Shown piece after piece: positions 19,712 to 26,859 of a stretch of DNA of 64,000 nucleotides. The translations under genes and the position numbers were made by a program. Below the pieces are notes generated by a model. That model searched no databases and was not told the origin of the DNA. It was given only the letters and a program-made list of their open reading frames with translations. This stretch comes from an uncultured Elusimicrobia bacterium (GTDB lineage: Bacteria; Elusimicrobiota; Elusimicrobia; 2-01-FULL-59-12). The number at the start of each line of letters is the position of its first letter. Positions within the stretch are counted from its first letter, which is position 1. The stretch lies in contig OY969767.1 of assembly GCA_963702895.1 (NCBI GenBank), positions 704,001-768,000 of the forward strand, given 5' to 3'.

Positions 19712-20373
19712 CGGGGTGGCTTCAAGTTCATTCTGGCCTTGGCTTTGGCATGCACAACAAAAGAGCCAGAACCACTCGAATTATAAGCAAAGGTCTTAAT
19801 GTCTTCACACTTCGCGGCTTCTCCTAAGCCCGCTTTCAGCGCCCCGCCCAGGATCGCATTCACGAAGGGGAATGCCTTCACTTCAGCGCAGGCCTCGACT
19901 CGGACATCCCGCAAAAGTGGATCAATGGGGCTGTCGGGGTCCTTCGGGTTTGCCCACGCGTCTGGGTTTTTCATCCCTGCCACAAAGAACTGTTCTAGCC
20001 TCCTATTGTAGTCTTGGCCGCCTGAGATATTCTCCGCCACGGCTTGCCGGGCGATGGCCGCCGCTCCGTAGTTGACAACGACGAGAGCCGTCGCCAATTG
20101 CCCCAGCTGCAACAACCCAAAGACCAGCAGGAAATATAAGGGCACCAACATCAATGTTTCGGCGCTGGCCTGTCCACGGCAATGATCAGGCTGCCGAAAA
20201 ACTTTTCCCAATGCCTCCTGGCCGGAAGTGTAGCAGCCAAGCCATTGACCGAGCGCGCCTATGATCATCGACCCGCCCTTCCACTGGGCGGGCGCTCGAC
20301 GATGCACAGCAGAGCATTTTTGCAGGCTGTGGTATCTCAGGACATGCATGCATGCGCCCTTCGGCCGTTTCAA
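19708..20373 (-). CDS. tadE: TadE-like minor pilin (true start probably downstream of 20373)
   Basis: RG|QASAE followed by hydrophobic helix and NYGAAAIAR. Confidence 0.75.
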   Translation of the reverse strand: MKRPKGACMHVLRYHSLQKCSAVHRRAPAQWKGGSMIIGALGQWLGCYTSGQEALGKVFRQPDHCRGQASAETLMLVPLYFLLVFGLLQLGQLATALVVVNYGAAAIARQAVAENISGGQDYNRRLEQFFVAGMKNPDAWANPKDPDSPIDPLLRDVRVEACAEVKAFPFVNAILGGALKAGLGEAAKCEDIKTFAYNSSGSGSFVVHAKAKARMNLKPPR

Positions 20374-20395
20374 ACTGGCCTGTCTGTAAACTTAT

Positions 20396-20572
20396 TTACT
20401 TAACTTTTCCATCTCTAATTGTCTCGGCGATCTTGCCCGCCTTGTCTTTGATTGCGGTCTCGATGGTAGGGAAGAACACGACCAAGAGTCCTATGATGAG
20501 CGCCAGGATCACGATATATTCTGTTGTTCCCTGCCCTTTGCGGCTTTTGAGGTAGTTCATGTAGCGATTCAT
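20396..20572 (-). CDS. flp: Flp major pilin, 58 aa (below ORF-track cutoff)
   Basis: MNRYMNYLKSRKG|QGTTEYIVILALIIGLLVVFFPTIETAIKDKAGKIAETIRDGKVK*; AGGAGG RBS at 20581-20586. Confidence 0.9.
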   Translation of the reverse strand: MNRYMNYLKSRKGQGTTEYIVILALIIGLLVVFFPTIETAIKDKAGKIAETIRDGKVK

Positions 20573-20587
20573 TTCTTTGACCTCCTT

Positions 20588-20621
20588 CGGTATTGACCTT
20601 TAACCGGTATTGACCTTTAAC
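20588..20621. promoter_or_regulatory. Perfect 17-bp tandem duplication next to the flp RBS
   Basis: CGGTATTGACCTTTAAC twice (20588-20604, 20605-20621). Regulatory role is inferred. Confidence 0.5.
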
Positions 20622-20706
20622 GAAAGTGCTTGCGGCCGGCTCGATGTCCAGCCCTAAACGATCACTGCAATATTACACACAGGCTCAATCGAAGTAAAGC
20701 GTGTGA

Positions 20707-21021
20707 TTAGTCTTTGGCGATTTTCTCTACGGCGCCTTGGCTCATTCCCTTGATGGCGTCGGTGCCTCCATCGGCCGGAGTGAACGCGCGCATGATAAAA
20801 AAGCCAATCACCGTCAGGATCCCGAGGAGAAGGAGGTATTCGCTGGAGGACTGGCCGCCGTTCTTTAGGTAACGGTGTATCGGAGTATCGGAGTGTCGGG
20901 GTAACAGCATATCTTTTGTTTGGTGTGACTCCGATACGCCGATACCCCGATACTCCGTTACTGACATTGGCGTGACCCCGTTACTCCGATACCCCGATAC
21001 TCCGATACTGTCTTTTACCAT
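20707..21021 (-). CDS. Second Flp-like pilin with repeat-expanded leader
   Basis: KNGG|QSSSEYLLLLGIL...; leader is mostly 8-mer palindromic repeat (20868-21010). Confidence 0.75.
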   Translation of the reverse strand: MVKDSIGVSGYRSNGVTPMSVTEYRGIGVSESHQTKDMLLPRHSDTPIHRYLKNGGQSSSEYLLLLGILTVIGFFIMRAFTPADGGTDAIKGMSQGAVEKIAKD

Positions 21022-22019
21022 CGCACCTTCACCGTCACCGTATGCGAGATGCCGAGCGCTCCAAAGGGCGCCATCGTGTAATCGACGACGAAATGGAGGG
21101 TCTTAAACTGAGGGGGACGCATTTCCAGGCCCCCGCCGAAGGTGAGGCCGGCGAGCGAAGCGCTGCGGAGCCAGGAAATCTTGGCGTCCAGAGAGTCATC
21201 GAGCTCATCCCGAGTATGGTAGCCCAAGCGGAGCACGGAGTTTTCCAGCTGCGGCATGCGGTATTCCCCCGCAAGCGAGATCCGTACCGGAGCGTCGTTC
21301 GTATATCCCAGCGCGAGCGCTGATGTAAAGATGGGGAGAAAGTCATAGGACAGCCCGCCGGTGAGTTCCAGAGGGAAATCCGCTTTTCCGGTCGACAGGT
21401 TTCTCGCCGTAAGGCCTACATGCAAAGTGTCCGAAGGGTCCAGCATGAGCCCGAGGTCCACGGCCGCGTTGTTGTATTTGGTGTCCGCGATCTTTTCCTG
21501 GATGACTTTGAGCTGTCCGCCCAGATAGAGGTCCATGCCAATCTCATCCCGTGACCGGAGCCGCCCGCCATAGCCAAGACCCAGCACGAGGTCGTAGGCC
21601 GAGAAGTCGCCCGTTTGAAGACCGGCGCTGTCCCGGCCTTCCATGTCGCCGGAGCCCAAATAAAAGAGGTTGGCGCCAAGGCCGCTCATATTGAAAGGAT
21701 GCGCGTAGCTGACATTTTCAATGGAGACGTCCTGGTAATATTCGATATGGGTTGCGGCGACTTCTTTGCTCGTTGTGAAGGCCAGCCCCGCGGGGTTCCA
21801 GCGCATGCCTTCCGTTCCTTTGGCGAGCGACACCATGGTGGCCCCCATCGCCACGCCCCGCGCGTCGGTAGGGATCTTCAGGAAGGCGCCGGCCTTCGTC
21901 CCCGCGTTGTCGCTAATCGCGTGAGCGGCGGACGGCGACAATAGAAAATAGACAATAGAGAATGCCGCAAGAGCTCTATTCTCTATTTTCCATTTTCGCC
22001 GTATGCCGTTCCTGTTCAT
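21015..22019 (-). CDS. PorV/PorQ-like (UPF0164) outer-membrane beta-barrel
   Basis: AFLKIPTDARGVAMG, WNPAGLA, C-terminal DY..APFGALG.SH...W. Confidence 0.8.
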   Translation of the reverse strand: MNRNGIRRKWKIENRALAAFSIVYFLLSPSAAHAISDNAGTKAGAFLKIPTDARGVAMGATMVSLAKGTEGMRWNPAGLAFTTSKEVAATHIEYYQDVSIENVSYAHPFNMSGLGANLFYLGSGDMEGRDSAGLQTGDFSAYDLVLGLGYGGRLRSRDEIGMDLYLGGQLKVIQEKIADTKYNNAAVDLGLMLDPSDTLHVGLTARNLSTGKADFPLELTGGLSYDFLPIFTSALALGYTNDAPVRISLAGEYRMPQLENSVLRLGYHTRDELDDSLDAKISWLRSASLAGLTFGGGLEMRPPQFKTLHFVVDYTMAPFGALGISHTVTVKVRW

Positions 22020-23143
22020 CGGATCACCGCCAACTTCTTAATGGTCTGCACGGTGCCTTCCGGGTCCTCTTCCCTGACGACAAAGTAATAGACCCCGCGC
22101 CCAACGGCGTTTCCCGCCTCATTGGTCGTGTCCCAGTTAAACGTGACGGTGTTGCCGGTGGCCTGGTTCAAGAAGCTCTCCTCCCGGACCAGGTCTCCCG
22201 CAAGCGTGTAAATCTTGAGCGTGATATTGGCGTTATTGCGCACGGCCAAAAACTGGAAGGTGGCCTGGCTGTTCCGGATGGGATTGGGAAACACGATGGC
22301 GTTGTCCGCGAAGAGCTGATCGAGACTGGAACCCAAGCGCGCCAGAGACTGGATGGCGATGGAGCCGGAGCGTTGGATCGCCCTATCGGCGCTTCCGGGG
22401 TCCTTCGCGTCGACGTAGACGGTATAAATTCCAAGAGGAACGGGTTTGGCGTCGTCGCCGAGGCCGTCCCACATCAAAATATTGGTCTTAATATGTTCAC
22501 CATACTGCGGCGCGTCGGTGGCCAGCGTGCGCTTGAGCGTACCGCTTGAATCTTTTATTTGAACTGTGACGAGCGAGTCTTTGGCCAGGTCATAGACGAT
22601 GTAATAGGGGAGAGTCGGGTTTTGGTTCGCGTCGGTGCTGGGAATGACGCTGAAATTGTGGATGTCAACGGAGGTGATTTCCAGTAGCTTGGGGATGGTA
22701 AAAGAGCTAACGCCGCTTGCGCCTCGCGCGATCAGGATCACCTGGAAATTACCGTTCTGCCGGCCGATATCGCCGCCTACAAGCCACAAGGCATTCCATA
22801 AGTAAGAATGGGCCCCGATGGCGACCCCGTGTTGCTGGATCGAAGCCACCTGGTTCAGCGAGCTGGGTTCTTCTGAAATGTCTTCGAGTCGGTGTATGTT
22901 GATTTCGATACTGGAGATCTCATCCGCCGTGGTGTAATTGATGGTGGTATCAAGGGGCGCACCGATGGTTTCATAGGGAATGGTGTAATTGGATAAGGAG
23001 GCGGCTGTCACAGCGGCGTCGACAGGAAGAGCACAGAGCAGAGAAACGAGAGCAGAAAGTAGAAGGCCGTACCGGAGTATCGGGGTAACGGGGTAACGGG
23101 GTAAGAGCTGCATAAATTGTTTGAAAAGACTTCTCATGGTCAT
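22016..23143 (-). CDS. Exported protein with FlgD Ig-like domain and C-terminal type-A-sorting-like domain
   Basis: WDGLGDD..PVP.GIY; C-terminal VFPNP...LKIYTLAGDLV...WD..N..G..V..GVY. Confidence 0.75.
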   Translation of the reverse strand: MTMRSLFKQFMQLLPRYPVTPILRYGLLLSALVSLLCALPVDAAVTAASLSNYTIPYETIGAPLDTTINYTTADEISSIEINIHRLEDISEEPSSLNQVASIQQHGVAIGAHSYLWNALWLVGGDIGRQNGNFQVILIARGASGVSSFTIPKLLEITSVDIHNFSVIPSTDANQNPTLPYYIVYDLAKDSLVTVQIKDSSGTLKRTLATDAPQYGEHIKTNILMWDGLGDDAKPVPLGIYTVYVDAKDPGSADRAIQRSGSIAIQSLARLGSSLDQLFADNAIVFPNPIRNSQATFQFLAVRNNANITLKIYTLAGDLVREESFLNQATGNTVTFNWDTTNEAGNAVGRGVYYFVVREEDPEGTVQTIKKLAVIR

Positions 23144-23199
23144 CCTCTTAGTGTCTCCTTGATCTGCTGTTACTCCCCGCCATCACATAGTGGGCGGGC

Positions 23200-23277
23200 A
23201 TTACTCCGTTACCCCGTTACTCCGATACCCCGTTACTCCGGTACCCCGTTACTCCGGTACCCCGTTACTCCGATACT
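23200..23277. repeat. 8-mer tandem array (TTACTCCG/ATACCCCG)
   Basis: About nine units; inverted relative to the 23068-23104 arm inside the upstream CDS. Confidence 0.85.
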
Positions 23278-23322
23278 AACTTGGGTCTGCAGGCCCACCA
23301 CTGGGCCCTTCTTACTATGAGG

Positions 23323-23354
23323 AGTATAACCAGCGACTGTTACGGGAGTATTAC
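23323..23354 (-). promoter_or_regulatory. Shared promoter motif, copy 3 (GTAAT-N6-GTAAC-N8-GTTATACT)
   Basis: Minus strand reads GTAATACTCCCGTAACAGTCGCTGGTTATACT, upstream of the FlgD/PorV/flp operon. Confidence 0.7.
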
Positions 23355-23438
23355 GCTGGTGTAAAAACTGCGTTAAATCCATCAAAATGGCTTTGGCCCT
23401 GTCAGGGGGATGGCGCGAAGTCTTTAGCGATTACGCTT

Positions 23439-23540
23439 GCCCTCACCCGGTAGTGTGCCTGAACACGCCCTCTCCCGCGTGCAAGCGGGAGAGGGTGGAG
23501 CGGATGGTCGCTTGAGCGACCAGACAGCGGAGGGTGAGGG
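23439..23540. repeat. REP-like hairpin cluster (CCCTCACCC...CCCTCTCCC...GGGAGAGGG...GGGTGAGGG)
   Basis: Same family as 5497-5648. Confidence 0.75.
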
Positions 23541-23669
23541 CACGATCTCATGGCGATCAGCGTCAAAAGCACAGTCCTTTGATCCAGTGGGTGTTCAACA
23601 GGTGAGCGAATGATTCTTTTGCGCACGCAGCAGCGCCTGGTCTCATTTTGCCTTCCTGCCACCCCCAAC

Positions 23670-23749
23670 AGGCGAGGCAGCGGGCTGTGGCTGCAGGTGA
23701 GCGAATGGTGTATTGAGCGAACGCAGCCACAGCCCGCTGCCCTCGCCTC
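23670..23749. repeat. ~25-bp near-perfect inverted repeat
   Basis: AGGCGAGGCAGCGGGCTGTGGCTGC ... GCAGCCACAGCCCGCTGCCCTCGCCT. Confidence 0.8.
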
Positions 23750-23758
23750 CACCATTAT

Positions 23759-23790
23759 TTAACATGTACGTAACATGTACCTGTTATATC
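23759..23790 (+). promoter_or_regulatory. Shared promoter motif, copy 4 (TTAAC-N6-GTAAC-N8-GTTATATC)
   Basis: TTAACATGTACGTAACATGTACCTGTTATATC, upstream of tadG. Confidence 0.65.
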
Positions 23791-23810
23791 TAGTGCAGCA
23801 GCATCATCAT

Positions 23811-24956
23811 ATGAAGAGGATCCTGAGCGGCAAGAACGGTCAGTTTATTCCGATTTCCGCCATGGTGTTGTTCACCATGTCGGTCTTCCTCGTCGCTGTC
23901 GTCAATATCTACACCGTCACCCGCGCCAAGCTCCAGGTCCAAAACCTGGCGGACGCGGCCGCCCTTAACCTCGCCTCGCAGCAGGCCCAGGTTTTTAATC
24001 TCGTGGCCGACAAAAACGAATGGCTCAATCACATGATGGAGGGAGTGAAGAGCCCGAATGAAGACGGCGGTCCGGATTGCAGCCTCTTCAGTGCCAAGAA
24101 TGCGACGCTCATCCCCGGCATTTCTTGTGTCGAAAATGACGATAGGACGGGTCTTGCTCGCGGAGACGCCATCACTGCTACCGATATCAAGAAAGCCTCC
24201 TCGCGCAACTATAGGGGACCAAACGATGCTGCCTTCAAGCGCCATATCTTTTCCTCCCGCGGCGGGGCCATCAATTATGGGCTGATCCTTCATACCGTCA
24301 ACCAGGCGCAGAAACTCTTTATTCAGGCTTACAACTCCTTCCTTGGCGCGCCGAATCCGGCGGCAGGCGGCGCCTCATCGTCCAACGCCACCCCGCGCAA
24401 TTTTACGGCCCTCTTAAAGAAGGATATCCCGGCGCTCCGAGATCCGAACATTCGCCTGGTGGCCTGGAACTCTTCAGGCAAAGAAGAGGAGGCCAGACAC
24501 TCGCTGGCCAGCAGCTTTACGCCGGGTGAGGAAAGTGAACTCAAAGCCAAAATGGAGCCCCTCCAGTTTGAAGTCGAACGTGATCTTCAGACCCGGTATC
24601 TGATGACGAATAAAGACGTGAATAAACCGGACGGGTGGATTGTCGGAGCCACCTTCGGCCAACTTTTGTACGGGTGCATCCCTCAGGATTGGGTCAACAA
24701 GGATGCCAGTTATAAACGTTGCGGGCCCTTGAACGGCCAAGATCCTGCGAAAATCGGATGGTTAAAGCCCATCGCTATGCCAACTCTCAAAGTGGGCAGA
24801 GGGTCCCCTCAGGTCGGCGTGGGCGTCATGATTCAAAAAAAGATTACGCTGCCCGTGCTGGGGAGCAAAACCGTGAGCGCCACATCCAAGGCATACATCG
24901 TCGGGACCGCTGGCAGCGAGTTCCATCCGACGTATTGGGTGAAGCTAGGGAAATAA
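23811..24956 (+). CDS. tadG: TadG-like minor pilin/adhesin
   Basis: KNG|QFIP, hydrophobic helix, KLQVQNLADAAAL. ATG 23811 preferred because 23775 lies inside the promoter motif. Confidence 0.75.
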   Translation: MKRILSGKNGQFIPISAMVLFTMSVFLVAVVNIYTVTRAKLQVQNLADAAALNLASQQAQVFNLVADKNEWLNHMMEGVKSPNEDGGPDCSLFSAKNATLIPGISCVENDDRTGLARGDAITATDIKKASSRNYRGPNDAAFKRHIFSSRGGAINYGLILHTVNQAQKLFIQAYNSFLGAPNPAAGGASSSNATPRNFTALLKKDIPALRDPNIRLVAWNSSGKEEEARHSLASSFTPGEESELKAKMEPLQFEVERDLQTRYLMTNKDVNKPDGWIVGATFGQLLYGCIPQDWVNKDASYKRCGPLNGQDPAKIGWLKPIAMPTLKVGRGSPQVGVGVMIQKKITLPVLGSKTVSATSKAYIVGTAGSEFHPTYWVKLGK

Positions 24957-25075
24957 CCGTATCGGAGTAACGCCCGCCACTACAGCTCGGCGGGCCCGCC
25001 AACGATGTGATGGCGGGGAGTATCGGGGTAACGGAGTAACGGCAAATTGAGGATGAAACTATTTTAGAGAGTATT

Positions 25076-25759
25076 ATGAGAAACCTAATGCGAATGCTTA
25101 TTCGGCCTTTACTCCGGTACTCCGGTACCCCGATACCCCGGTACCCCGGAACCGCCGCTTCGCTTCGCTCCGCGGCGGGTCAAGCCTCAAGCGAAATCCT
25201 CTTCCTCCTTCCGCTTTTCGTCATGATGGCCGGCCTTGCGCTTTATGTGGGATACATGTGCTATCAGGGCGTGAAGGTCCAGCACGCCGCCAATTTCGCC
25301 GCGCGCATCCAGGGGCAGGAGCGCATAGGAGGCGGTGTGAGTCAAGACAGCATCAATCGATTAAATGGTCTGGAAGGCGCCTATGACGAAATCCCGGACG
25401 CGGCGACTCTGAGGAGCCTCTCAGGCAAAGATGTCCCGCCGGGGCGTCTGCGGAGGAAGGGACTCCATGGGGTGTATTGGAAGTATCGAACGCTTGCGGG
25501 AGAACTTTTCTATGAGGCCCCTGAAGACAAGCTTCTCTTCCCGAAACCGGACCTCGGCATCAATTCGGACAGGGTCCGGGTCGCGAGAATCTTGGTCCCT
25601 CCGAAGCTTTTCGGTCTGCAGATGGCGCCCATGGTTCTCGAGGCGGAGGCCTATGGGGGCGAAGACCCCCGGATGTACGGCCTGCCGCGCTGGGGTGAAA
25701 CAGGTGGTAAAACAGAATCGTTTTATAAAACCCAGATCAGGGAAAAGATAGGGCCATAA
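25076..25759 (+). CDS. tadE: TadE-like minor pilin with repeat insert in leader
   Basis: AG|QASSEILFLLPLF...QHAANFAAR. Confidence 0.75.
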   Translation: MRNLMRMLIRPLLRYSGTPIPRYPGTAASLRSAAGQASSEILFLLPLFVMMAGLALYVGYMCYQGVKVQHAANFAARIQGQERIGGGVSQDSINRLNGLEGAYDEIPDAATLRSLSGKDVPPGRLRRKGLHGVYWKYRTLAGELFYEAPEDKLLFPKPDLGINSDRVRVARILVPPKLFGLQMAPMVLEAEAYGGEDPRMYGLPRWGETGGKTESFYKTQIREKIGP

Positions 25760-25760
25760 T

Positions 25761-26073
25761 GGAGTAACGGAGTATCGGAGTATCGGAGTGCCGGGGTAAC
25801 GGAGTAACGGGGTGCCGGAGTAACGGAGTAACGGAGTATCGGAGTAACGGAGTACCGGAGTAACGGAGTAACGGGGTCACGGCAGGCTGCAACGAAGTGC
25901 CGGAGTGTCGAAGTATCGGTGTAACGGCACGACGATCGAAAAGGAGGAATGTGGATAGACAATAAATTGAGAATGTTGAGCCATTGGACTTTGAGGTTTT
26001 GACTCCGATACCCCGTTACTCCGTTACGCCTTTGCCGTTACCCCGATACTCCGGTACCCCGTTACTCCGATAC
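25761..26073. repeat. 8-mer palindromic array (GGAGTAAC arm, spacer, GTTACTCC arm)
   Basis: Forward arm ~25761-25927, reverse arm ~26000-26073. Confidence 0.9.
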
Positions 26074-26082
26074 GTCGTTTCT

Positions 26083-26463
26083 TCAACGAATGAGCCAGCT
26101 CTCAGGCGATTCGATCATTCGGACCAACTGAGACAGGATTTGATCATAAGTCAATCGCAGAGCAGCGGCACGGGAAGGGTCAAGGTATCGACAATGAACG
26201 GCAAATTCGATCCAGGTCCGGGTTTCACACGCTTCGCATTCAGCGTCGTTCAGCTTGGCAACAAAAGCTGCTTTGTATCGGCGTTTTCTCCAGGCTTCGG
26301 CCAGATTGGAGCAAACAGAGCGTGAACTTCTTCTTATTTGATCCACCAGGGAGTATCGCTCTTCGCTTGGGAATTCCTTTGTCAGGTGGAATATTTCCAT
26401 GGCGACTTGGAAAGCGTTCTTGTAAACGAGCAACTCCTCAAGGTTTCTGGCAAACGGATTCAT
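26083..26463 (-). CDS. Four helix bundle protein (TIGR02436 / 23S-IVS-protein / bAvd-like family)
   Basis: L.VYK.A...IF..TK.FP.EERYSL.DQIRRSSRSVC.NLAEAWRKRRY..F..KL.D...EA.ET. Confidence 0.92.
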   Translation of the reverse strand: MNPFARNLEELLVYKNAFQVAMEIFHLTKEFPSEERYSLVDQIRRSSRSVCSNLAEAWRKRRYKAAFVAKLNDAECEACETRTWIEFAVHCRYLDPSRAAALRLTYDQILSQLVRMIESPESWLIR

Positions 26464-26520
26464 CTATATCCTTAGATGCAATTTGCCAAGATTTATTCAT
26501 TTCTCCGTCCATCTCCCGCT

Positions 26521-26716
26521 GTTACGCCGTTGCCGTTACCCCGGCACTCCGATACCCCGTTACGCCGTTGCCGTTACCCCGGCACTCCGATACCCCGTTA
26601 CGCCGTTGCCGTTACCCCGATACTCCGGTACCCCGTTACGCCGTTGCCGTTACCCCGGCACTCCGATACCCCGTTACGCTGTTGCCGTTACCCCGATACC
26701 CCGTTACCCCGATACT
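26521..26716. repeat. 8-mer array with 38-bp higher-order period (5 copies)
   Basis: GTTACGCC GTTGCC GTTACCCC GGCACTCC GATACCCC units start at 26521, 26559, 26597, 26635 and 26673. Confidence 0.9.
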
Positions 26717-26859
26717 GCCACCCCGGGGCCCACGTTTCCCGTGGGACTTCTGGTCGGGGAAAAAAGGTCTTTGGATCGATTCAATGTGCGCCCGGCGGGC
26801 AGTATCCTTATGGTGTGGAAAAAAAGGTTCCTGGGAGGGGATCTTTTAGGTCGACTATT

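Noticed and set aside
18866..19786. 306-aa plus-strand ORF
   Set aside because: Antisense shadow of cpaB starting in a REP.
20625..20700. c-di-GMP riboswitch upstream of flp
   Set aside because: Only a short GGCCGCAAGC resemblance; the two-stem consensus is not evident.
26083..26463. Diversity-generating retroelement or 23S rRNA intervening sequence
   Set aside because: Avd-like gene only; no reverse transcriptase, no TR/VR pair with adenine-specific differences, no rRNA nearby.
26476..26859. N-terminal extension giving 4,068 aa
   Set aside because: Mostly translated repeat in the stop-free orientation; ATG 26860 precedes the signal peptide.
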